In this document: piece by piece, positions 1 to 9,497 of the stretch
Layout of the letters: each line of letters opens with the position of its first letter
Numbering within the stretch: the stretch's first letter is position 1
Assembly: GCA_024276995.1 (NCBI GenBank)
Contig: JAJRWB010000076.1
Coordinates: 164-64,163 of the forward strand
Direction of reading: 5' to 3'
DNA: 64,000 nt
DNA from: Candidatus Eiseniibacteriota bacterium
GTDB taxonomy: Bacteria; Orphanbacterota; Orphanbacteria; Orphanbacterales; Orphanbacteraceae
Translations under genes and position numbers: made by a program
Notes under the pieces: generated by a model
What the model was told of the DNA's origin: nothing
Seen by the model: the letters and a program-made list of their open reading frames with translations, nothing else
Database searches by the model: none

Positions 1-1
1 C

Positions 2-1165
2 GCCGCGGTGAAGGAACGGGCCGTGGGGGAGGAGGTGCTCCGGAGCATCACCCCCGCCCAGCAACTAGTGAAGGTGGTGCACGCCGAACTCGTCGCCCTA
101 CTCGGCACGAGCGCCGTCCCGCTGAGGCTCGCATCCCAGCCCCCCACGGTGATTCTCCTCGCGGGGCTGCAGGGGAGTGGAAAGACCACCTTCGCGGCGA
201 AGCTCGCCCGACGCTATGGAAAGAAGGGGAAACGTTCCCGCCTCGTGGCGGCGGACGTCTATCGTCCCGCCGCGGCGGACCAGCTCGAACAGCTGGCGAA
301 GGAGGTCGATTGCACGATCACCCGCGGGGAGGAAGGCGAGCTTCCCGAGTCGATCGCCGCGAGGGCGGTCCGGAAGGCGCGCGGTGAACTGGCGGATCTC
401 GTGATCGTCGATACCGCCGGGCGGCTCCACGTGGACGACGAGCTGATGGCGGAGATCGACCGGGTGAACGAGGCGGTGAAACCCCACGAGAAGCTCCTCG
501 TCCTCGACGGGATGACCGGCCAGGACGCGGTAAACGTGGCCGCTGCGTTCGAGGAGCGTATCGGCATCGACGGCTTCGTGCTCACCAAGATGGACGGCGA
601 CGCCCGGGGCGGTGCGGCGCTCTCGATCCGGCACGTCACCGGCAGGCCGGTCAAGTTCGTCGGCACCGGCGAGGGGGTGGACGCCCTCGAGGAGTTTCAT
701 CCCGACCGGATGGCCGGCCGGATCCTCGGCATGGGCGACGTGGTGAGCCTCGTGGAACGGGCGGAACAGAGCGTCGACAGGGAGAAAGCGGTTGAACTCG
801 CTCAGAAACTGCGCCGGCGGGAGTTCACTCTCGACGACTTCGCGGGGCAGCTGAAGAGCTTAAGAAATATGGGCCCCCTCGATCAGATCCTGGGGATGCT
901 CCCCGGCGGGAACCGCCTGCCGAAGGGGGTCACTCCGGACGATCGGGCTCTCAGGAGAACGGAGGCGATCCTCTCCTCCATGACTCGACGCGAGCGTGGA
1001 GAGCCTGTGATTCTCAACGGGAGCAGGCGGAAAAGGATCGCCGCCGGGAGCGGAACTTCGGTTCAGGAGGTGAATCAGCTCCTCAAGCAGTATGATATGA
1101 TCCGAAAGATGATGAAGCGCGCCGGCAGGAAAGGCCGCCGGGGACGATTCCCCGTCGGTATGTGA
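2..1165 (+). CDS. ffh: Signal recognition particle protein Ffh (5' end outside window)
   Basis: GLQGSGKTT, DTAGR, TKMDGDARGG GTPase motifs; M-domain with SRRKRIAAGSG; frame open from window start. Confidence 0.97.
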   Translation, partial: AAVKERAVGEEVLRSITPAQQLVKVVHAELVALLGTSAVPLRLASQPPTVILLAGLQGSGKTTFAAKLARRYGKKGKRSRLVAADVYRPAAADQLEQLAKEVDCTITRGEEGELPESIAARAVRKARGELADLVIVDTAGRLHVDDELMAEIDRVNEAVKPHEKLLVLDGMTGQDAVNVAAAFEERIGIDGFVLTKMDGDARGGAALSIRHVTGRPVKFVGTGEGVDALEEFHPDRMAGRILGMGDVVSLVERAEQSVDREKAVELAQKLRRREFTLDDFAGQLKSLRNMGPLDQILGMLPGGNRLPKGVTPDDRALRRTEAILSSMTRRERGEPVILNGSRRKRIAAGSGTSVQEVNQLLKQYDMIRKMMKRAGRKGRRGRFPVGM

Positions 1166-1238
1166 AAGCGCCGCTCGGCAGTAGATCGGAACAGGGAGGG
1201 CGCCCCGCAGGGGGCGGCCCCGTGAAGGAGAAGAATTC

Positions 1239-1790
1239 GTGTCCGTAAAGATACGCCTCGCAAGACATGGAAGAAAGAAACGCCCCTTTTACAGGATCGT
1301 CGTCGCCGATTCCCGTTCCCCCAGGGACGGACGGTTCATCGAAGTGCTCGGCACGTACAACCCGATCCAGAACCCGGTACGCGTATCGGTCGATCAGTCG
1401 AAGGCATTCCGCTGGCTCGGGGAAGGCGCCGAGATGAGCACAACGGTGAAGAGCATCTTCCAGAAGTCGGGAGTGCTCTCCCGCTTCGCCGCCGCCCGGG
1501 GCGGAGAAGAGCTGCGCGACGAGGAAAAGAAAGTGGTCCTCGAGATTTTCGGCCATGAACTCGATGGTCACGGTTCGAAGCGGAAGGGGAAGAGGAAGGT
1601 CGCGACCGGACCGGCCGATGAAGCGACTCCTGTCGAGGCCGCGGGCGGGACCGAGTCGCCCGCCGAGCCGGCAGGCGAATCATCGGCGGCGGAAGCGCCG
1701 GCGGAAACCGCCCCGGAAACTCCGGCGGAAGGCGGTGAATCTTCAGCGGAGAGTGCGGCCGGTGATGAAGAGAAATCCTCAGACGAATAG
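1239..1790 (+). CDS. rpsP: 30S ribosomal protein S16 with long acidic C-terminal extension
   Basis: VKIRLARHGRKKRPFYRIVVADSRSPRDGRFIE; AAGGAG upstream; position after ffh. Confidence 0.97.
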   Translation: MSVKIRLARHGRKKRPFYRIVVADSRSPRDGRFIEVLGTYNPIQNPVRVSVDQSKAFRWLGEGAEMSTTVKSIFQKSGVLSRFAAARGGEELRDEEKKVVLEIFGHELDGHGSKRKGKRKVATGPADEATPVEAAGGTESPAEPAGESSAAEAPAETAPETPAEGGESSAESAAGDEEKSSDE

Positions 1791-1797
1791 GGAACAG

Positions 1798-2028
1798 ATG
1801 AAGGAAATGATCGAACACGTCGCCCGGATGCTGGTGGATGATCCGGAAAAAGTAGTCGTGCAGGAGAAGAAGCGGGAGGATCTTACCGTGTTCGAGCTGC
1901 GCGTGGACAAGCAGGATCTCGGAAGGGTGATCGGAAAGAACGGGCGCACCGCCCACGCGATCCGGTCGCTCCTCGGTATCCTTTCCGCGCGCGCCGGGGA
2001 ACGGGCGCTGCTCGAAATCGTCGAGTAA
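1798..2028 (+). CDS. khpA: KH-domain RNA-binding protein (KhpA/YlqC)
   Basis: MKEMIEHVARMLVDDPEKV...DLGRVIGKNGRTAHAIR; ATG at 1798 rather than the ORF-track start; synteny rpsP-khpA-rimM. Confidence 0.93.
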   Translation: MKEMIEHVARMLVDDPEKVVVQEKKREDLTVFELRVDKQDLGRVIGKNGRTAHAIRSLLGILSARAGERALLEIVE

Positions 2029-2040
2029 GAGAGCCCTTCG

Positions 2041-2568
2041 ATGAGCACCGGGGATTGGATCGAAATCGGGGTGGTTGGGCGGCCGCACGGTGTGCGCGGC
2101 GAAATCCGGATTCACGTGTCACCCCGTTTTCGCGGGGCCGCCGCGCGACTCGATAGGCTCGCTCTGACTTCCGGCGAAGAGGGGAATTTCACGGCGGCGA
2201 AGATCGAATCGATCCGTGCCCATAACGATCTTTATCTCGTCGTTCTTGATATCGCCCCGGACAGGACGGCCGCCGCGGCGTTCACCGGCGCGGCGATCTT
2301 CGCCCGCGCCCCGGATCTCGAACGTGCAGGGGCGCGCGGACCCTTTCCGGAGCAACTCGTCGGTCTGGCGGTGCGCACCGAATCGGGTGAGCGGGTGGGA
2401 AGCGTCGACCGGATCGACGACTATCCGGCGGGCGATATGCTCGTCGTCCGCGACGGGGAGAAGGAGCATCTCATCCCGTCGGTCCCACAGATCGTCCTTT
2501 CCATCGATGTCGAGAAGGGTGAGGTCGTGATCCGGCCGATCCCCGGCCTTCTCGACCTTTCCTCCTGA
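2041..2568 (+). CDS. rimM: 16S rRNA processing protein RimM
   Basis: IGVVGRPHGVRGEI N-terminus, PRC-barrel C-terminus (HLIP...PIPGLLD); synteny. Confidence 0.93.
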   Translation: MSTGDWIEIGVVGRPHGVRGEIRIHVSPRFRGAAARLDRLALTSGEEGNFTAAKIESIRAHNDLYLVVLDIAPDRTAAAAFTGAAIFARAPDLERAGARGPFPEQLVGLAVRTESGERVGSVDRIDDYPAGDMLVVRDGEKEHLIPSVPQIVLSIDVEKGEVVIRPIPGLLDLSS

Positions 2569-2587
2569 AAAGACGGCGGAGCGGGTG

Positions 2588-3286
2588 ATGCGATTCCACG
2601 TGGTAACGATTTTCCCCGAGATCTTTCCCGGTCCTCTCGCGGCGGGGGTGACCGGCAGGGCGATCGAATCGGGCGGAGTGACCATCGTGCCCGTCGACCT
2701 GAGAGAGTTCACCGACGACAAGCACAGAACGGTGGACGACACCCCCTACGGTGGCGGGCCGGGGATGGTGCTCAAGGTGGAGCCTCTCTTCCGCGCGGTG
2801 GAATCGATACGCCGGCGGACCGGCGCCGAAACGCCGGTGATCCTGATGACGCCGCAAGGGGAACCGCTCACCCATCGGATCGTTGCGGAGATCTCCTCGG
2901 GGGAGGAGTGGATTCTCGTCTGCGGGCGATACCGGGGCGTAGACCGGCGTTTCCGAGACGCCCTGGTCGACCGGGAGATCTCGGTGGGCGACTTCGTTCT
3001 TTCCGGCGGGGAGATCCCCGCCCTGGCACTGATCGACGCCGCGATCCGCCTTCTTCCCGGCGCGCTCGGCAACGACGATTCGTCGCGAGAAGACTCCTTC
3101 GCCCGGGAGGGGGGAGGACTCGATGGAGCGTGCTACACCCGGCCGGCGGAATACAGGGGCCGGAAAGTGCCGGGCGTTCTTCTCACGGGAAACCACGGAG
3201 AGATCGCCCGATGGCGCCGGGAGGAGGCGGCAGGGGAGACCCGCCGTCGCCGCCCCGATCTCGCTTTTCCCAAAGATGAAGATTGA
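2588..3286 (+). CDS. trmD: tRNA (guanine37-N1)-methyltransferase
   Basis: VDDTPYGGGPGMV, EISVGDFVLSGGE, YTRP motifs. Confidence 0.96.
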   Translation: MRFHVVTIFPEIFPGPLAAGVTGRAIESGGVTIVPVDLREFTDDKHRTVDDTPYGGGPGMVLKVEPLFRAVESIRRRTGAETPVILMTPQGEPLTHRIVAEISSGEEWILVCGRYRGVDRRFRDALVDREISVGDFVLSGGEIPALALIDAAIRLLPGALGNDDSSREDSFAREGGGLDGACYTRPAEYRGRKVPGVLLTGNHGEIARWRREEAAGETRRRRPDLAFPKDED

Positions 3287-3311
3287 CACGGCGAGGGGAC
3301 CGGTCTAGAAT
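3283..3311 (+). promoter_or_regulatory. Sigma70-type promoter upstream of rplS
   Basis: TTGACA (3283-3288) - 17 nt - TAGAAT (3306-3311). Confidence 0.7.
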
Positions 3312-3356
3312 GAAATGCTCGTTTGGGGATCGGTTCCCCGGTAAGGATGGTGAATC

Positions 3357-3716
3357 ATGGATATTCTGAGACAACTCGAATCGGACACTTTTCGGTCCGA
3401 CCTGCCCGACTTCGGCCCGGGCGATACGGTGAAAATCGGTGTGCGCGTGCGGGAGGGCGACAAGGAAAGGAAGCAGGTCTTCCAGGGGATCGTGATCCAG
3501 CGGCGCGGCGCGGGCCACTCCGAGACGTTCACGGTGCGGAAGATGAGCGGCGGTATCGGCGTGGAGCGCGTTTTTCCTCTCCAGTCGCCCACGGTGGCGT
3601 CCCTCGAAGTGGTGCGCCGCGGAAAGGTTCGAAGGGCGAAACTCTTCTACCTTCGCGATCGCGTCGGCAAGAAGGCCCGCGTGAAGGAGAAGAGAGGGAG
3701 TGCCCCGAGAGGCTGA
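3357..3716 (+). CDS. rplS: 50S ribosomal protein L19
   Basis: [11 protein letters not shown]...GVERVFP...[12 protein letters not shown]. Confidence 0.98.
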   Translation: MDILRQLESDTFRSDLPDFGPGDTVKIGVRVREGDKERKQVFQGIVIQRRGAGHSETFTVRKMSGGIGVERVFPLQSPTVASLEVVRRGKVRRAKLFYLRDRVGKKARVKEKRGSAPRG

Positions 3717-3828
3717 TTTCTCTCTTCCCGATCGGATCGTGACCCGGCTTGTCGGGGCGATCGATCGCGAGGCGGAGGGACTTCCGCCGCGAAGGCGGCC
3801 GGCCCGGCGGTTTTTTCACCCCCCCTGC

Positions 3829-4476
3829 ATGGAGGATCTTCTCCGGCGGAGGGGGTTTTCTTTTGTGGCGGGCGTGGATGAAGCGGGCCGCGGTCCCCTC
3901 GCCGGACCGGTGGTGGCGGCCGCCGTGGTACTCGATCCGGAGCGGCCGGTCGACGGCATCCGGGATTCGAAGAAGCTTACCCCCGTCGCGCGCCTCCGTC
4001 TTTGCCGCGAAATCCGCTCCGCCGCCCTCGGCGTCGGTATCGGCATGGTGGACGCCGAAGGGATCGACCGGTGGAACATCCTGTGCGCCACCGAAGAGGC
4101 GATGCGCCGCGCCGTGGAAGGTCTCGGCCGTCCGGTCGACTGGGTACTCGTCGACGGCGTTCGGCTCCGCCGTTTCCCCTACCGGCAGATCGCTCTCACC
4201 GGGGGCGACCGGCGCGTCCCGTCGATCGCCGCCGCCTCGATCGTGGCGAAGACGGTCCGCGACCGGCTGGTGGAAAGCTACCACCGTCTCTTTCCCATCT
4301 ATCGATTCGATCGGCACAAAGGTTACCCCACCGGGGAACACGGCCGCGCCGTTCTCCGGCATGGGCCGTCCCCGATTCACAGGAAATCGTTTCACGTACC
4401 GGGTGAGGAGGAGGAGAAGGAATGGGGAGAAACGAAATCGGAAGACGGGGGGAAACGATCGCCGCGGCATACCTGA
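3829..4476 (+). CDS. rnhB: Ribonuclease HII (start uncertain; frame open from 3700)
   Basis: GVDEAGRGPLAGPVVAAAV, DSKKL, SIAAASIVAK, HKGYPT, HRKSF. Confidence 0.95.
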   Translation: MEDLLRRRGFSFVAGVDEAGRGPLAGPVVAAAVVLDPERPVDGIRDSKKLTPVARLRLCREIRSAALGVGIGMVDAEGIDRWNILCATEEAMRRAVEGLGRPVDWVLVDGVRLRRFPYRQIALTGGDRRVPSIAAASIVAKTVRDRLVESYHRLFPIYRFDRHKGYPTGEHGRAVLRHGPSPIHRKSFHVPGEEEEKEWGETKSEDGGKRSPRHT

Positions 4477-4799
4477 GCCGTCTAGGATATATCATCGTCG
4501 AAAGGAATTTCCACTCCCGCCGGGGTGAAATCGATCTCGTGGCGACCGACGGCGACGAACTGGTTTTCGTGGAGGTTCGCTATCGATCGTCCGCGTGTCG
4601 CGGTTCGGCGCTGGAGACGGTCGATTTCCGAAAGAGGCGGAAGATCGTGAGCGCCGCGCGGTTCTATCTCGTCCGGCGCGGTGTCGGTCCGAAGCCGTGC
4701 CGTTTCGACGTGATCGCCCTTTCCCCGGGGGAAGAGGGGGCGGTCCGCGTGGAGCATCACCGGAATGCCTTCGACCGCGACGGACGGCCGTTCGGTTGA
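4422..4799 (+). CDS. yraN: YraN (UPF0102) family nuclease-like protein
   Basis: GRRGE...GEIDLVA...LVFVEVR...RFDVIA; follows rnhB. Confidence 0.92.
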   Translation: MGRNEIGRRGETIAAAYLSRLGYIIVERNFHSRRGEIDLVATDGDELVFVEVRYRSSACRGSALETVDFRKRRKIVSAARFYLVRRGVGPKPCRFDVIALSPGEEGAVRVEHHRNAFDRDGRPFG

Positions 4800-4975
4800 G
4801 AAGCGAGGAGGCGGGTGGTGGCCGGGCCGACGTCGGGCGGCTCGGCCGACTCCTTCTCTACCGACGGCTCCGGCGGCCGATAAGAGCGAAAGGGGAGGAA
4901 GATAGGGTATGCCGGATGGGGGGGATCGTGGTAAGATAGGGCGGCAGGTATGGTTATCTCCCCGATGGTGGACAA

Positions 4976-5632
4976 ATGCTTCCTTTTGCAAAGATGACGG
5001 GGACCGTTCTTTTCGCCGGCGCGCTATTGGTGACGGGGTGTTCGAAGAGCGGTACGACCGATCCGGGTGATGGAGGAGGCGGTGGTGAGACGCGCGACGC
5101 CGCGTACTACGTCGACCAGGGATGGGCGAGCTATGACGCCGGCGACTTCATCGACGCCCGATCGCAGTTCGAGAGGGCGCTCAACCTGGATTCCACCTAT
5201 GTGCCGGCCATCTCCGGGGGGGCGTGGACGAGCATCGAACTCGGTTACACCGGGTTGTCGCAAAGTGAATTCGAACGGGCCATCGCGGAGAGCAGCGGTT
5301 ATATCCCCGCCCATGGCGGCCGGGCGGTTACCTCTCACGCCGAGGCGCTCAACATCCCGCAGCTCGCTGCGGAACGCCTTCCGGTCACTATCGAGGCGGC
5401 GTCGAAAGTGCTCGAACTCGGCGGGGAGAACTGGCAGTTCGATCGAATCGAGTCGATCGATGCCCGGCATATGAGAGTACTTTTGGCGCTCACCTATTTC
5501 GAGATGGCGAAATACTCCGATGCCCAGGCGCAGATCGACATCCTCGATCCGGGGAACGGCCTCAACCCGGGCGATCCCGACTACACCCGCCTCCTTCTGA
5601 TCGAGATCGAGAACGAAAGGGACCAGCTTTGA
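4976..5632 (+). CDS. TPR-containing lipoprotein
   Basis: Lipobox-like LVTG-C after a hydrophobic stretch; TPR-like helices (GWASYDAGDFIDARSQFERAL). Confidence 0.7.
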   Translation: MLPFAKMTGTVLFAGALLVTGCSKSGTTDPGDGGGGGETRDAAYYVDQGWASYDAGDFIDARSQFERALNLDSTYVPAISGGAWTSIELGYTGLSQSEFERAIAESSGYIPAHGGRAVTSHAEALNIPQLAAERLPVTIEAASKVLELGGENWQFDRIESIDARHMRVLLALTYFEMAKYSDAQAQIDILDPGNGLNPGDPDYTRLLLIEIENERDQL

Positions 5633-8600
5633 ATCGGCGGGGTCCCGGTTTCGCCCTCCTGGCGTATCTCGTCCTCCTCCTTCCCGGGACGGCGGCGTCG
5701 GCGCCGGCCGCGGACGACACGGTGGCCGTGATCGGTATCGATCTTTACAACTCCCCGGTCGGTTCGGCCGAGAAAGACAGCGTCGATTTCGTCCTCTTCC
5801 CGGAAGGACTCACCCTTCTCGATATCGCGTCGGTCCGCTCTCCCGATTCGCTCATGCAGATCCCCCTTCCCGGCTCGGGAGGGGATGTCCGTGTTGTGGG
5901 AAATTACATGTATGTTGCCCGGGGGGAAGCGGGGCTTTTCACATTCGACATCACCGACCCTCGCGCCCCCTTTCCGGTGGACACGTTGGTGCCGGCGGGT
6001 ACGCTCGGCGAAATCGCGACGGGGAACGGCAGGCTCTACGTCCTGGACGGCAGTGGTCTTCTCTCCATCGGAATCGGAACACCGGACGCCCCGGTGTTGC
6101 AGTCCCGCTACGATCTTTCCGGCGACGTGGTGCACGGTCTCGCCGTGCGGGATACGGTCGCGCTGATCGGACTGGAAAGGGCGGGCCTGGTGCTTCTCAA
6201 CGTTTCTCATCCGTCGATGACCTTCCTGTCCGATCTCGAACTCGAGGGGATCGCCGCCCTCGGCGTGAGCGGGAACACCCTTTTCGTCGCCCTCGGCGCG
6301 GAGGGTCTCGTCACGGTCGATCTTGCCGATCCCGCCGCACCCGCCCTCGGTTCCGACGCCCATGTCACGGGCGATACGGTCACCGCTCTCGCGCCGGTCG
6401 ACTCGCTCCTCGTCGCCGCGACGGGGAGTCGCCGCATCAGTCTGTTCAAGGGGGACGATCTCGCCGCGGGATCGATCGTGGATGTGGACGTCGACGGCGC
6501 CGTGAGTCGACTCCTCCCGATCGACGGGGTCGTTCACGCCATGATCAGCGGGAGGGGAATCACCTTCATCGACGTGGTGGAACCGGAGGGGAGCACCTTC
6601 CTTTCGCTTTACGATGCTCCGAACTTGTGGATTCAGTCGGTCACCGCGTCGGGAGACACCCTCTTCGCCCCCGCCGGCGTGGACGGCGTTCAGATTCTGT
6701 CGGTGGCCGATCCGAGGAACATCGATTCCCTCGGCGTCGTATCTACGCCCGAAGGGGGGTTCGCCGCATCGGTCGCTGTTGTCGATTCGTTCCTCTGTGT
6801 GGCCGAGGGGAACAGCGGTATCGGCGTGTACCGTCGCACCGACGGAACGGAGGTCGCGCGGACGGGGATGAGCGGATCCGCGTCCCGGTTGATCATCGTG
6901 GAACAGACGTTGTATGCAACCTATGGATCGGCGGGACTGCTCACCGTGGATCTTTCCGATCCGATGGCGCCGATCGTCACCGATACCCTCGCCCCGTTCG
7001 CGGAGGACGGCGTTTTCCAGAATGTTTCCGCGGGCGGCGGCTTTCTTTTCAGCGCCGAGGGGGCGGGAGGTATCGGCGTGATCGAGATTTCCGATCCATT
7101 GCACCCGGTGACCGTCGGAAGCTGGCAGAGCAGTTCCTTCATCTCGGAAGTGGAGTACGCCTCGGGAACCGTTTTCGCGCTGCTGAGTGGGGAAGGCGTC
7201 GTGTCGATCGATATATCTGTACCCGGAACGCCGGTGGCCGTCGATACGGTCGCGATCGACGCGACCTTCCTTCGTTCCCTTTACATCTCGGGTGATCTCG
7301 CCTACGTCCTCGATTGGCGTGGCCCGTCCGAGCCGGGTCTAGGCTATCTCGTCTCCGTGACCGACCCGGCGGCGTTGCGCCTCTCGGGCACGTTCGAACT
7401 GGAGGGACCTCCCTCGGACGTCCTCTTCGCCGGAACGATCGCCCTCATATCCGAATCCGAGGTGGGCATCGAGGTGTTCACTACATTCGATGATTTCTCC
7501 GCCGTCCCGGTGGGCGATTTCGTGATGAGCTGGAACGTCTCCGCCGTGGCGACGTCGGAGCAGCGGATCCTCACCGCCGACAACGGGGGAACCGTCCGGT
7601 CGTACGTCGTCTTCCAGGGAGACTCTCTCGCGCGGCGCGCCTCGGTGAACCTGGGGGGGACGGTGACCGATCTGGTCACCGATGACCGGCGGGCCTTCGC
7701 TCTTCTCGACGATGGAAGGATCGCGCAGCTCGATGTGTCCAACAGTTTCGCCATCGCCCTCGACCGATGGATCGACGCCGGCGAGTCCCCTTCCGGGCTT
7801 TTCCTCGCCGACTCGCTCCTTTACGTCGCGGCCCGCGGCGAAGGGTTGATGATCTATGACGTATCGCCAGCCGACTCCGCGGTGCGCGTGGGCACGTATC
7901 TCGCCGGAGGGGAGGGGGACGGCGACCTGGGGAGCGCGAAGGCTCGTCGCGTCGTGGTGCAGGACAGTATCGCCTACGTCGTCACCCGCGACGTGACGAA
8001 CACACTCTTTCTGATCGATGTTTCCGATCCGAGTCACCCGCTGTTCCTCTCGACCTTCGGCAACGGGTCGAAAAGGGCGTTCGATGTGGCGGTCTACAAG
8101 GGCTACGCCTATCTCGCCCGCCGGGCGGCGGGAATCTCGGTGGTCGATGTGAGGACGCCGGAAACGCCCTTGGCCACCGCCGATCTCAACACATCGGTCA
8201 ATTCGATACGCCTTCTCGCGGTGGACGACATCCTCTTCGTCGCCGACAGGATGGACGGCGTGTCGTTCGTGAGCATCCGGGACGTGTCGAATATCACCGA
8301 GGTACGCGAGGAAGACACCCCCGGCAACGCCAGGGATCTCGCCCTGTTCGGTACCTATCTTTGCGAGGTGGACGGAAGTTCTTTCCGTGTCTATCTGCAA
8401 AGCTTCGCCAACGTCGACGACATCCCGCCGACATACGGCATCGGCGTCCTCCAGAGCACCTTCCTGAACGCCTACCTCGACTTCATCATCGTCGGTTCCG
8501 AAGTGCTCGCCGAGAGGCCGGAGATCCGTTTCGAGATGGGAGATATCGATTCGCTTCTCACCACTCTCAACGTGGACGTACAGAGGAATACGTTTCACGC

Positions 8601-9375
8601 CACGTACAGGCTCACCTCCGTCGGCACGGGAAAGGTGACCGTCAACGGGGAGGACCTGTCGGGGAACAAGTCGGAGGCGAGCAAGAATTTCTCCGTATCG
8701 ATCGCCCGCGGAGCGAAGGGGGGGACGATCACAGCCTCTTCCGCGAAGCTGATGATCACCGTGCCTCCCGGGGCGACGTCGAAAGATACCTATATCACCC
8801 TCGTGCCGGTGGCGCTCGATGAACTGCCTCCGGGCGACGCGCCCGCCGTCGACGTGGCCGGCGGGCCGTTTCGCCTTTCTCTGGGCGCGGCCGAAGGGGG
8901 CGCGCGACTCGCCTGGTCCGGCTTCGACGATCCGCCGGCGGGAAAAGAGCCGCGCCTCCACCTTCTCGGGAGTTCGACCTGGACGCCTGTGGAAGGTGTT
9001 TTCGACGCCGCGACCGGGACGCTTCGGGCGACCCTTCCCGGGTCGTCCACGTTTCTCGTGTCGTACGGTGCCGCGACCGGGACGCTCCCGGTCCCCTTGG
9101 CGATCCGGCTCGACCGGAACAGGCCGAATCCATTCAACCCGGTCACGACGATCGACTTCCACCTGACGCGTCGCGCGGTGGTGCGTCTCGAGATCTATGA
9201 CATCACCGGAAGGATCGTCCGCCGCCTCGTGGACGGCACCGTCCCCGCCGGCACGACGAGCGTCGTCTGGGACGGACGCGACCGATCCGGCCGCCCGGCG
9301 CAAAGCGGCGTTTACTTCTCCCGCCTTCGCGTGGAAAACCAGAGCCGTACGGGAAAGCTGATCTTGATCCGATAG
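5629..9375 (+). CDS. Secreted LVIVD-repeat beta-propeller protein with C-terminal FlgD-Ig/T9SS-type sorting domain
   Basis: Signal peptide; many repeats like YVARGEAGLFTFDITDP and GLVTVDLADP; C-terminus NRPNPFNPVTTIDF...IYDITGR...WDGRD..G..SGVYF; start overlaps the upstream stop. Confidence 0.85.
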   Translation: MNRRGPGFALLAYLVLLLPGTAASAPAADDTVAVIGIDLYNSPVGSAEKDSVDFVLFPEGLTLLDIASVRSPDSLMQIPLPGSGGDVRVVGNYMYVARGEAGLFTFDITDPRAPFPVDTLVPAGTLGEIATGNGRLYVLDGSGLLSIGIGTPDAPVLQSRYDLSGDVVHGLAVRDTVALIGLERAGLVLLNVSHPSMTFLSDLELEGIAALGVSGNTLFVALGAEGLVTVDLADPAAPALGSDAHVTGDTVTALAPVDSLLVAATGSRRISLFKGDDLAAGSIVDVDVDGAVSRLLPIDGVVHAMISGRGITFIDVVEPEGSTFLSLYDAPNLWIQSVTASGDTLFAPAGVDGVQILSVADPRNIDSLGVVSTPEGGFAASVAVVDSFLCVAEGNSGIGVYRRTDGTEVARTGMSGSASRLIIVEQTLYATYGSAGLLTVDLSDPMAPIVTDTLAPFAEDGVFQNVSAGGGFLFSAEGAGGIGVIEISDPLHPVTVGSWQSSSFISEVEYASGTVFALLSGEGVVSIDISVPGTPVAVDTVAIDATFLRSLYISGDLAYVLDWRGPSEPGLGYLVSVTDPAALRLSGTFELEGPPSDVLFAGTIALISESEVGIEVFTTFDDFSAVPVGDFVMSWNVSAVATSEQRILTADNGGTVRSYVVFQGDSLARRASVNLGGTVTDLVTDDRRAFALLDDGRIAQLDVSNSFAIALDRWIDAGESPSGLFLADSLLYVAARGEGLMIYDVSPADSAVRVGTYLAGGEGDGDLGSAKARRVVVQDSIAYVVTRDVTNTLFLIDVSDPSHPLFLSTFGNGSKRAFDVAVYKGYAYLARRAAGISVVDVRTPETPLATADLNTSVNSIRLLAVDDILFVADRMDGVSFVSIRDVSNITEVREEDTPGNARDLALFGTYLCEVDGSSFRVYLQSFANVDDIPPTYGIGVLQSTFLNAYLDFIIVGSEVLAERPEIRFEMGDIDSLLTTLNVDVQRNTFHATYRLTSVGTGKVTVNGEDLSGNKSEASKNFSVSIARGAKGGTITASSAKLMITVPPGATSKDTYITLVPVALDELPPGDAPAVDVAGGPFRLSLGAAEGGARLAWSGFDDPPAGKEPRLHLLGSSTWTPVEGVFDAATGTLRATLPGSSTFLVSYGAATGTLPVPLAIRLDRNRPNPFNPVTTIDFHLTRRAVVRLEIYDITGRIVRRLVDGTVPAGTTSVVWDGRDRSGRPAQSGVYFSRLRVENQSRTGKLILIR

Positions 9376-9438
9376 ATAACAGTCCGGTGAAGGGCTTTTC
9401 GTCCGGCGGCGCCCCGCCGTGGGAGATAGGAAAAGCGA

Positions 9439-9473
9439 ACGGGCGCGGCCGGTGGAGTCCCGGCCGCGCCCGT
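9439..9473 (-). terminator. Intrinsic terminator-like hairpin downstream of the cyc2-like gene
   Basis: 14-bp stem ACGGGCGCGGCCGG/CCGGCCGCGCCCGT followed on the minus strand by TCGCTTTT. Confidence 0.6.
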
Positions 9474-9497
9474 GTCATTGCAAAGATACGTTCCCGG

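Noticed and set aside
2921..2950. TrmD motif CGRYRGVD instead of CGRYEG(I/V)D as a sign of inactivation
   Set aside because: A basic residue at this position (GHYKG) is, as I recall, common in Bacteroidota-type TrmD, and the other motifs are intact.
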